This document shows positions 11,481-24,561 of a stretch of 33,114 nt of DNA, one piece after another. Position numbers and translations under genes: made by a program. Source of the stretch: Macrostomum lignano. Lineage: Eukaryota. The stretch covers positions 1-33,114 of the forward strand of contig NIVC01003974.1 in the NCBI GenBank assembly GCA_002269645.1, read 5' to 3'. How positions within the stretch are numbered: the stretch's first letter is position 1; each line of letters starts with the position of its first letter. Under the pieces are notes generated by a model. The model saw nothing but the letters and a program-made list of their open reading frames with translations, searched no databases and was not told the DNA's origin.

Positions 11481-12742
11481 CCCTCTGTAGCTGGTGCCCC
11501 CTTCTGTAACTGGCGCCCCTCTGTAGCTGGCGCCCCTCTGTAGCTGGTGCCCCCTTCTGTAACTGGCGCCCTCTGTAGCTGGTGCCCCCTTCTGTAACTG
11601 GCGCCCCTCTGTAGCTGGCGCCCTCCAGTGTAGCTGGCGCCCCCCTCTGTAGCTGGTGCCCCCTTCTGTAACTGGCGCCCCTCTGTAGCTGGCGCCCTCC
11701 AGTGTAGCTGGCGCCCCCCTCTGTAGCTGGCGCCCTCCAGTGTAGCTGGCGCCCTCTGTAGCTGGTGCCCCCTTCTGTAACTGGCGCCCCTCTGTAGCTG
11801 GCGCCCTCCAGTGTAGCTGGCGCCCCCCTCTGTAGCTGGCGCCCTCCAGTGTAGCTGGCGCCCTCTGTAGCTGGTGCCCCCTTCTGTAACTGGCGCCCCT
11901 CTGTAGCTGGTGCCCCCTTCTGTAGCTGGTGCCCCCTTCTGTAGCTGGTGCCCCCTTCTGTAGCTTGTGCCCTCTGTAGCTGGTGCCCCCTTCTGTAACT
12001 GGCGCCCCTCTGTAGCTGGCGCCCTCCAGTGTAGCTGGCGCCCCCCTCTGTAGCTGGCGCCCCTCTGTAGCTGGTGCCCCCTTCTGTAACTGGCGCCCCT
12101 CTGTAGCTGGTGCCCCCTTCTGTAACTGGCGCCCCTCTGTAGCTGGTGCCCCCTTCTGTAACTGGCGCCCCTCTGTAGCTGGTGCCCCCTTCTGTAACTG
12201 GCGCCCCTCTGTAGCTGGCGCCCTCCAGTGTAGCTGGCGCCCCCCTCTGTAGCTGGCGCCCTCCAGTGTAGCTGGCGCCCTCTGTAGCTGGTGCCCTCTG
12301 TAGCTGGTGCCCCCTTCTGTAACTGGCGCCATCTGTAGCTGGCGCCATCTGTAGCTGGCGCTCTCCAGTGTAGCTGGCGCCACCCTCTGTAGCTGGCGCC
12401 CTCCAGTGTAACTGGCGCCCCTCTGTAGCTGGCGCCCTCCAGTGTAGCTGGCGCCCCCCTCTGTAGCTGGCGCCCTCCAGTGTAGCTGGCGCCCTCTGTA
12501 GCTGGTGCCCTCTGTAGCTGGTGCCCCCTTCTGTAGCTGGTGCCCCCTTCTGTAACTGGCGCCATCTGTAGCTGGCGCCATCTGTAGCTGGCGCTCTCCA
12601 GTGTAGCTGGCGCCACCCTCTGTAGCTGGCGCCCTCCAGTGTAGCTGGCGCCCTCCAGTGTAGCTGGCGCCCTCCTCTATAGCTGGTGCCCCCTTCTGTA
12701 ACTGGTGCCCCTCTCTGTCGCTGGCGCTCCTCTGTAGCTGGC
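11481..12742. repeat. GC-rich composite minisatellite, variable 15-20-bp units with core TGTARCTGGYGCCC
   Basis: About 1.26 kb built from a few unit types (CTCTGTAGCTGGYGCCC, CTTCTGTAACTGGCGCCC, CCAGTGTAGCTGGCGCCC). All three minus frames are open, as expected for a stop-free repeat. Confidence 0.96.
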
Positions 12743-13842
12743 AATGTATGACACTGCAAGTGAGCCTAAATTTCTCACTTCCGTGTCCTTATGGTGTTAG
12801 GAGTTTTAAGAGCAAGATCCCCGGATAAAACTCAACCATATTGCAGAGCGGATCGATCTTCCTACTGGCTGCTTGTTTGCTGGTGTTGGAAACTACTGGT
12901 TGGACTTGGCATTTTCTTACTTATAGAAACCTTATATAATTCTATTGTTTGGGTTTTGTTAGTAGCCATATAGTTTTTAAATATATGTCCAGAACACCCA
13001 TGTGCTATCTCAGGAATTAGAATAGTATAGTGCTTAAGTCAGCTATAAATTCACTTCGTTGGTTACGAGTCAATAACAGCTATGAATTCAGAAAGGCCAG
13101 CTAAACGTACGAGCGTATGCTGCACTGAAAATATATAATATGTTTATTATACGAGTGAGTTGGAGCTGTTTTATGGTTTGCCAAATCGATCATCAGTGGG
13201 CGTGTATACAATTGCTAGAAAAATATATACACAATATATAGTATATGCTATGATTTGAATTCATTTATTCCATTGTGTACCAATGACTTACATCTATAGT
13301 AAATTGCATCACCCACAGTTGAACTGCGGTGTCACTTTGGGGCCGAGATCAATTGAGAAGAGTTGACCAGTGGATTCGAAGTGGAAACTAACGTTGTCTG
13401 AGTATTGCATCCTATTGCAGGCCCTGCAACGAGTGCAGAGAAATTCGAAAGTCGAACCGAGACAATGATTTGCACTTAATTTTTCGTGGATTTTATGTGG
13501 CAGAAAAATAGATTTTATAAACCACTGTTAAAATCATTTTCTTTTTATCCGCAGTTACAATCTGTTGTTACACAAGTTTTGCCATAGACTATTTATTTCG
13601 CTTCTCACTGCATGCATACCGAAGTATGTCCACAGCTAAAAAAATAAGTTAAAAAGATAAACTGGTGTCTCCATCGTCTTGATCTTTCACCTCACATCGA
13701 ACATGGTCTCACAAGAGGCGAGAAAGATCTTCCTGTTGGAGATTTTAAAGAAAAAAGACATGATTATGGGCAAGTTTGATGACTACGTACGAGCTAAATG
13801 GAAAGCAAAAGAAGGCGACAGATTGTAGTGAGGTGATGGACG

Positions 13843-15858
<2,016 letters not shown>

Positions 15859-18677
15859 GAATATCTCTACATGTATTGATACTCATAGAGCTTTTCGTTA
15901 TACGAGTATTAGGATATAACGAAATTTACTCCTTCACTCCAAATTTACTCCAAGGACTACTCCTTCTACTTCAGTAGTCCTTGACTAATAGTTGAGCGCG
16001 TTTATTATTAGCTAACTTGCATCAACAACTAAAAATTGATTGACTGATTGATTGAAACCTGCGAATCGTTTCCCCCTAAAGTCAAATAGATTCCTTTCTT
16101 CCGGCAATACGACCAGAGGGCAGCACTTGAATTTGACCGATGCCACCGCGGCCACCACGTTGGTGCTCTGCTAGCCACATGCAAAGCTTGCAGCTGTTTC
16201 ATTTTTTGTCGATAAAACTTGGACCCCTGCTGCGATCGGTCAATTGCTCCTGGGCGATTTGGATCAGCACTATCGACGAGAGATATTTTCTTTCCGAAAA
16301 CTAAACGATCTAACCGGTACTCGTAAGTAAAGACACTCGGTTATTCTTTTTGATAATTTTTATACTTAGGAATTTGGAATTTACAAGCATAATTTTATTT
16401 AATTTATTCACCTGGCATAAAAAATAGTTCGATACGCGGGTTATTCTAGAAGTTTTCGAGCTCAGCCCGATCACCGAGTGCTTGCAAGACTCGCTTCGAC
16501 ACTCATCACCCTAGATTAGTTCTCTATTCAGCCTCTATATCAGACCTGCTAATTCTGATAGCTAGTTCGTCATTAGCAATGCCTGCAGTTTTTAACTTTG
16601 GATTTCTATCGGAGAAGAAAAACTTTTAACGTTGACAATCAAAAGTCATGACAAGTATTGCTTTTGTCCTGCTATGTGGAGCAGTGGGCATGCAAAACGG
16701 AACGGTCCATAAGAATTCATGGCCAAGCGGTTGAATTAACTTACAAAAGCAAACCATATATAGATAACCAGATTTTTCATGCAATATGGAACGGTACGCG
16801 ATCTGCAGCGCATCGTCGCCGCCTTGCACCGTGGACTGTCGATGAAGGGTTGTGACAGTGTTGTTAGGAGTATCCAATTTTTCTGTTCACCGCATTTGGT
16901 CAACATTCTAAAAGACAAGACGGCGCAGGTTGGAAGCTGCCACTTAATTAGCACTAGCAGACACCACTTAGCAGACAGCTGCCAACAACTGGACCCTAAG
17001 CGAAACTGGGTAGTTTTTAATTTTATGTATGGCCCGAATTTCTATCGTAGCGTACGGAGATCCCTGAGAACCATCGGAACAGAACTTCAACACGAATCCT
17101 GAAGCAGTGCATGGCACTTAAGCAGTTGAGATTCATGTTAAAAATCGAGAGAGAGGCGGCTGAAGCCGTTGGGCCACGCAATCACTGCTGGAAAGTGCGC
17201 TGGGTTGGAGCTGCCCTGCAACAGATTGTTTGAATTGTCTCTGCAGCGACATCAGTTTTGAGAGTTAATTTTTGTAAATTTTGATGCTTTCAATCTGTGA
17301 CAAAATATGCTTTATTGATTCAGTTTTTATTCTTTCTTTAAATGTGTAATAAACCACTGAAACGAGGAGATACTCTATGCAGAATCTCCGAGGCGAAGCC
17401 TCAATATTTACAATATTTCCGGACCGCAGGCTTTGGCTCTAAGTCAACAATGGTCCGCCCCTGTACTAAACTTCTACGGGCCAACCACGATCAATTTCAG
17501 TTCCCCGACAAACAAGATGCAATAGTGATAGCAATAAAAAGTTGTAGACTAACGAACTAAAACAACTATAACTGACTAAACGCTTGTTTACCGTTTTAAC
17601 GTTCAATAAATATACGTGTTCTTGTTTTACTATCAATTTTAAGTTTGTCTATGGTGGCGGAGTTAACGCTACCAATAATCTCCGCGAGCTTAACACTAGG
17701 GACATAGGCAAGGCGAACAGGCAAAGTTGATTAAATAGAACTCAAATCATTTATTCTATTCTGGCTCACCGTTCCATATTGCAAGACAAATCGGCTTATC
17801 TTATGACTTGCTTTTGTAACTTTTGTAAGTTAATTCAACCGCTTGGCCATAGAATTCTAATGGACCGTTCCGTTTTGCATGCCCGCTGTTCCGTATAGCA
17901 CGACAGAAGCTATATTATACTGAGATGTACGTTTCCATTTATTGACTTTACAAGTTCTGTATTAGTATGCTAGTAAGAATCGCAAATGCCACGTACTTGG
18001 TTGAATTTACCAAGTAAGCATAGTCGACCTATACTCAACAACATTAAAAAGTCGCCACCTTTGAGAGAGCGCAGTAAATTCTGGCTCAGTATTGACTTTT
18101 GAGTGACGCAACTTGCGCCACGCGACGCAGAGTTGGGCTGGGTGAGGAGGGATTGGGAAGAGCGGAGGGCGAAGATTGGATGGATTAAAGCTTCCGCCCG
18201 GTTTTCATTGTTTTTTAAAGCATTTTTTAATATTAAAATGGTTGTCCAGGTGATAGACACTGGTCAAAAGACACTGCCCACTGGGGCAAAGGGTAGTGAC
18301 TTTTCAATGTTGCTGAGTATATCTTTTATTAGAGACAGGGGCTGTGTGCACCCTGGCGCACTTTAAGTGACATTGTCACACAAATTTTTTCAAGTCATGC
18401 GACAAAATTGAAATTACATTTATTTCTATGAAGTTGAATTTTTGCTGCATCTCTAGCTTTTCTATCTAGCGTCGATGACGAATCTGAAATTACCAACTCG
18501 AGGCCCTGAATGAAATAATAGTTAAATGGTTTAAAAAAATAACTTAGTATTCGATAATATGGTTTTCCGTGTACATGTAATTATAATATTGGTAGCAGCT
18601 AATTATTGCATTGTATTTGACTCAATCGACAGCGCCAGTGGTTGATAGCGATAACACAAGTCGCGTTCGTTCAAAGG

Positions 18678-21600
18678 ATGCAAGGCGCCCAGCTTCTCGT
18701 TTTCGCGCTGGCACTCAGCGCCTGCCCGATGGCAAATGCCGAAGGCTTGGGCACCAAAGTGGCCAAAAAAGCGTGGGACATTGTTCAAAACAAGCTGAAC
18801 CCAAAGAGCAAGGCCGAGATGTACCAGAAAGCTGTGGACATTGTGTCGGACCACATCACCAAGTCTGCCAACAAAGCTGAGAAGCTAGCTAGTAGCTACA
18901 TGTCGGCTGTGGACAAAGACCCCGGTGCTCTCATCACCAGGGAGAGCATGAAGAAGATCATAAGTGGCAGCTCATTCCTGCCGCAGAAGGCCGGCACAAG
19001 AACGGTGTCTCTGCAGTCGGATCAAGGATTCAACGGTTTCACCAACTACCAGCCATCGGGTTGGAAGATCACCGAAACAATGAGCGGTCCTACAGATAAG
19101 AAAGAGGAGCCTTCAGAGACCAAGGAGCCCGTTTACACTTACCCGATGGGCCTCGGCCCCGTTCTGCTCAACCAGTGCACGGAGAAGAACTACGACAAGA
19201 CCAGCCCGTGCTACAACAGCAAGTTGTTCGACCTGCAAATCACGATCTGCTTGAATCAGATCGACGCAGCCAACTATATCGGGGTGGGCTTCAACGGCAG
19301 AGGCTACTACAATGCGCAGAGTAGAAGAGCCAGCCTGGTTCAAAGAAGCTGCTCAAACCGAGCAACCTTCATGGGATCGGACATTCCCGACACTATGAAC
19401 ATATTCGGCATTTTTGAAACATTCGCCGAGACTAAGTCGTTCCAGTCAGCCGATGAGTATATGCAATACATCAGACATAAGGCTGGATTATCCAACCAAA
19501 AGAACTTGTTCGCGAGCGAGGCCAGCAAATACGGCAAGGCCAGCGGAATCGGCTTTGATCTTGGAGGCGTTGGCGCTGCAGCGGGAGCTTTGATCGGCGC
19601 CAAGGCCGGCGGTCCAGCGGGAGCCGAAATGGGCGCGGGTCTGGGCGGGGCTATTGGTGGCACCATCAATGGAGGCAGCGGATCTGGGTCAGGAAACGCA
19701 AAGCAGAGCGAACGGAGCAACAGTTCGTCTGCAACCAGTCACTTCGAAGCTTCAGACAAATTTCAAAAGGCCTCGAATAATTTCTTCGCGATTATGTATG
19801 TCAACGTTATTCTGTACGAGATCAGCTTGGATGAGGTGAAGCCAACAGATCTCAGTCTAGCCCTGCTTAAGGATTACATGAGCCTGCCAGTGTCCTATTT
19901 CTCCATCGGTGCTGACGTCAAGTACCAGAACTTCCTGCTGCGTTGGGGCACGCACTTCATCCGTTCAGGAAAGTTCGGAGGCCAACTGAAAATTACGAAG
20001 AGAGCGAGATCGGATAAGGTTCAGTCAGCTCAGCAGTTTGCCAGCATTGCAGAGACCGAGTTTCAATCCATGTTTGCCACTCTGCAGTCAAAATACTCGC
20101 AGAAGGAGAGCGGAATTGCTATATTCTTCATCAACACGAAGAGCAAGGAGGTTGCGCAGAACAGCCAAGCCAAGGCAGGGTCTGAATACTCGAGCTCTAT
20201 GAGGCAGACACAGAGCCAATCGCGTCAATTTCAGCAATCTGAGTTTACCCAGACAACCGTGGAGGCTCAAGGTGGAACTCCCGAGATTGCAGAAGCTCTC
20301 GTTGACTTTTACACCCCTGCGTTCAAGCAGATTTACCACGATTGGCTGGCGTCCATTAAGGACTACGCTAAGCCGTTCGAGTTCCAGTTGAAAGCTATTG
20401 ACGTGCTGTTTAACATGAACATGAACGACCTGTTTCCGGCTGGCAACATTGACTTCGGCTGCGTCAAGGATGGAGGCGGCAAAGCGAATATTCTCATCGA
20501 GCCCAAGACGAAACTTCGCTACTATATAGATGTTCAAACTCAGTTTTCCAACTCTACTAAGATTGAGGTAAAGAAAAAAGTCTATTGCAAGTACTCTAAG
20601 CTGGACGACTTCAAGACAGATCTCGACAGGCGCAGAATCTCTTTGGAGAGGGCCATCGGGGTGTACATGGCAGAGGGGCCGTTTCCAACATCGACTTTCG
20701 AACTCAAAGGCGGTGAGCCAGGGTGCGAAGAGGCCACGCTTGGAGCACTGAGAGCGGCCAATAAGGGCAAGTCGGCTGTGCTCAAGTTCTCGGAGATGAA
20801 AAAGTACCCATTTCTTGTTACATTCGATTTACCAGAGGCAATCCCGGGCCTCATTCCGAAGCAGTCAAAGTTCAGACTCATCTACAGATCAGGCATGTGG
20901 TTTGCGACTGAGCCCACACAAACGACCATGCATCTGTACGATGGCTGCGAGATTCCAGAGTCCAAAGAGGCAAAGATCTGCTTCAGGAATATTATCATGA
21001 CTTACAATGAAGCGTCTGGATTTCTGCGCGTTGATGCGAAAGATTTCCGTGCGACGAAAGCCAGGATACCAGCTTTGCCAATCTGGCTGGCAAATTCCGT
21101 TGTTGCCAGGGTACAAAAGCTTGAAATTTCTGCAACCGCTAAGAACGATATGTATGGCGGCCGGGGTGCGGTTCCTTGCAACATCAAGTGGGTGAACTCG
21201 CATCGTCTTGACCCGCAGAAGGAAGAAAACTGCATTCACTTCACTGCCGCCACCTCAGGTGACATATTCGTCATACTTTCAGCCATTCCAAGGGACCATT
21301 CTACCTGGTACTACCTGCAGATCAATCCCGAAGGTGTTTCGTTTTACCAGGCGATGGAATTAAAACGAAGGGACACTCAGAAAGGAATGGGAATCCTTGG
21401 CGATAGCAACCTCTTTCAATCATTCTTCGTCTGTGTCGTGCAGAAGAAGGACAGAGTAACGATGCAGTACGGAAAGGCAGATCCCGTGAGCGAGGTCGGC
21501 ACCGTGTATTCGGGTTATACATTTGCACCCGACAGCCAATTCAGCCGTTTGTCATTTTATACATTCGGGTCCGGTCGCAAGCCTGTGTCATTAATGGACA

Positions 21601-23194
21601 TCCGTCTAACCCGAATGTTGCCCCAGGTGAAATGTTTGAGCAAAAACTACATCAATGTAGACGGGCACTGCGTTCTCGCGTGCCATTCGGAGTGCGATCA
21701 GTGCGATGTAGCCAGAGACAACAAGTCGTGCCGCCGGTGCAAGCACGTGCGAGTGGAGACTGGCAGCGGAAAGTTGAAAGTGACGGAGTGTTTCGCAGAA
21801 TGTCCGCCTGGAACCACCTTGAAATCGTCTAAGACTGCGACTAAGAAGACTAAGGCTAAGCCGACTGGTCTGTGCGAGAAGTGTCCGGCAGGAACCTTCA
21901 AGAGTGGCGACGGAAACCAAAAATGCAGTCCGTGTCCCAAAGGAAAAATAAGCGACGCTGGAGCCAAAAGCTGCGTAGCCTGTGAAGCCGGAACCTTCAA
22001 CGACAAGCTTGGCCAGTCGAAATGCCAGCGCTGCGCACTCGGAACCTATTCAAGCGACGGTGCGGTGAGCTGCACAAAATGCCCTGTCGGGCACTATTCC
22101 GATAGTTTAGGCCAATCATCCTGCTTGCCATGCTCTTTTGGCAGCTTTGGGAAAGTCACTGGCCTGGCAAAGTGCACCCCCTGTTCGAAAGGATATTTCG
22201 CAGACAAAAAAGGTCAATCAATTTGCTCAAAGTGTCCGGCCGGGACGTCCAGTGCCAAGGGCTCGATGACTTGCAATAACAGTTGCACGAAAGGCAAATT
22301 TAGCCCTCGAAAGGGTGAGCCGTGCAGGCCGTGTCCTCCAGGCACGTACGGCGACAGTGTGGGCTCTTCCGCTTGTTCGAAGTGCAAAAAAGGCACCTAC
22401 CAGTCAAAGTCGGGTCGAACTTCGTGCATTTCAGCACCGATTGGTCACTACGTGTCGAAGGAGGGGCCACTAAACCGTCTAAATGCGCAGCAGGATCATT
22501 TACCGCTAAAACAGGAAGCATAAAATGCCGCCCGTGCTCTCCTGGAAGCTATGCGTCATCCACCGGCTCGACCGCTTGTAAAAAATGCTCGCGCGGCTAC
22601 TTCCAGCCTTCGACAGGCCAATCGAGTTGCAAAAAAGCGAGATATCATCATTATGTTAATCAGGAAGGAGCGGTGAAGGACACCCTTGCTCTGCCGGTTA
22701 CACGGCTGCTTCCGACCGCAGATCTTGCCACAAGTGCCGTCCAGGTACCTATGGCTCGGGAACAGGTCTTGGTTGCACAGGTTGCTCATGGGGTTCCTAC
22801 TCAGGAAAATATGGAAGTTTGAGCTGCACCCCATGCCCAAAAGGCTATTATCAACCTAATCATTATGCAACTTCATGCATTCCCGCTCGGCGAGGCTATT
22901 ACATCAACCGTGTGGAATCAACATCTCCTGGCTCCCAATGCGCCCCTGGCTACTATTCTGATAAGCCGGGTCAGGCTTACTGCAAGCCTTGCCCTGCTGG
23001 ACAAAGGAGTGAGAAAACACGCGGATCGACCTCGTGCCGGTATTGCGGACCCGGTACTTATTCATCTAAATCTGGCAGCACCCAGTGCAAAAAATGTCCA
23101 TCGTCTGATTATGTCACTAATGCGGCCCGCTCTGCGTGTCACAAGTGTCCAGCCGGTTCTATCGCGCTGAGCCAGGACAGGAGAAAGTGTTTTA
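18678..23194 (+). CDS. Secreted MACPF/perforin-family multidomain protein, exon 1 (~4.5 kb): signal peptide, MACPF, FAMeT-like domain, furin-like repeat and ~26 CxxC repeats; 1-bp frameshifts near 22463 and 22683
   Basis: Signal peptide MQGAQLLVFALALSACPMANA (18678-18740). Exact MACPF signature W-G-T-H-F-x6-G-G (19944-19982), plus IGVGFN, VEAQGG, WLAS..P and LERAI..Y landmarks. The Cys-repeat register continues across frames 0, 2 and 1. Donor GTGAGC at 23195, phase 1. Confidence 0.9.
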
Positions 23195-23291
23195 GTGAGC
23201 TTTTTTACTTCATTCTGATTCGAAGTTAGTCAAGGCCCTATAAAGTTCAGTATACTTATTATTCTAAATATATAAATACCAAAACTTTCAG

Positions 23292-23561
23292 AGTTCGGCG
23301 AGTGCTACTATCCTGGTAAAGACTTTGTTAGCACAAAGGTAAACCGTGCTTATGCTGGGCCGTGCCAGTCTTGGAGCGTGAAGAGCTGCTCCAAATACAC
23401 CGAAGGAGTAAGTTGTCATACGCCAAACAAAAGGGTGCGTGAGGCTCAAGCAACGGGCAACACGTGTCGAATTATCGCCAAAGAAGGAGAAAAGAAGCCA
23501 TGGTGTTACACAAAAACAGCTACAAAATGGTCTCACTGCTCAATTCCTAGATGCGGAAAAA
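23292..23561 (+). CDS. MACPF gene exon 2: kringle-like domain 1
   Basis: Acceptor TTTCAG ends at 23291. ECYYPGKDF..GPCQSW..NTCR..KPWCYT..WSHCSIPRC is the kringle consensus. Donor GTGAGT at 23562; phase 1-1 exon of 270 nt. Confidence 0.88.
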
Positions 23562-23911
23562 GTGAGTTGCTTGAATATTGATTACACTGCAGGCTAATAA
23601 TAGAGGAAAAACAACAGGAAGGCGTGTTCCGCAATGTTCTATTTTGCGTGACTAATGAAAACCCACTGTCTGGATTTTTATGATGTTAAGGTTTGTAGTT
23701 TAGAATTGATTCAATTTTAATATTTAGCAATGATTATTAAAATTTATTGCACTAAACGGAACCTATGCCGAAATTGTGTGAGAATTAAGTGCTTTGGGAA
23801 GCTCGCACCTTGTTTGTTGTTTGAAAAAGTAAAAACTATATGAGCCTAAATGGTAGCACAACAATTGCCCGAGACACCATTTTCTGCAATGCGTAGGGAA
23901 TGAGCGTAAGA

Positions 23912-24497
23912 CTCTATGATGAATTCTATGATGAACTCTATGATGAACTCTTATGGTAAACTCTAGGGTAAACTCTATGGTAAACTCTAGGGTAAACTCT
24001 ATGGTAAACTCTAGGGTAAACTCTATGGTAAACTCTAGGGTAAACTCTATGGTAAACTCTAGGGTAAACTCTATGGTAAACTCTAGGGTAAACTCTATGG
24101 TAAACTCTATGGTGAACTCTAGGTAAACTCTATGGTAAACTCTAGGTAAACTCTATGGTAAACTCTAGGTAAACTCTATGGTAAACTCTATGGTAAACTC
24201 TATGGTAAACTCTATGGTAAACTCTATGATGGTAAACTCTATGGTGAACTCTATGATGAACTCTGTGGTAAACTGTATGGTAAACTGTATTTTAAACTCT
24301 ATGGTAAACTTTATGATAAACTGTATGGTAAACTGTATGGTAAACTGTATGGTAAACTGTATGGTAAACTGTATGGTAAACTGTATGGCGAACTCTATGG
24401 TAAACTCTATATGGTAAACTCTATGGTAAACCTTATGGTAAACTGTATTGTAAACTGTACGGTAAACTCTATGGTAAATTATGGAAAACTCTATGCT
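23912..24497. repeat. Intronic 12-bp minisatellite (ACTCTATGGTAA), ~48 copies
   Basis: Tandem units with CTCTAG/CTCTAT alternation on the left and CTGTAT variants on the right, inside the intron at 23562-24561. Confidence 0.96.
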
Positions 24498-24561
24498 AGA
24501 TTCGTTCTCATAATTGTTTTTGCAAACTACCACCGTGGATTCATGCGCTATAATATTACAG

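Noticed and set aside
11429-12759. Three overlapping 379-429 aa ORFs
   Set aside because: All three frames are open because the repeat lacks stops on that strand. There is no domain content or splice context.
16110-16125. CTCF-like motif CGACCAGAGGGCAGCA
   Set aside because: A single imperfect match is expected by chance in 33 kb, and the host is not known to have CTCF.
16626-17102. Cluster of 65-107 aa ORFs
   Set aside because: No recognisable motifs or consistent splice signals.
18642-18677. TTG start of the 1293-aa ORF in the track
   Set aside because: In a eukaryote, the in-frame ATG at 18678 directly begins a good signal peptide.
23593-23655. Possible extra mini-exon or kringle remnant (NNRGKTTGRRVPQC)
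   Set aside because: It would need a 31-nt intron and gives an immediate stop in the required phase. The similarity is too short to support.
24165-24533. IEFT/IQFT and MVNS repeat ORFs, and likewise the DVCLR/RRQTS ORFs at 25559-25975
   Set aside because: These are translations of the 12-bp and 15-bp tandem repeats.
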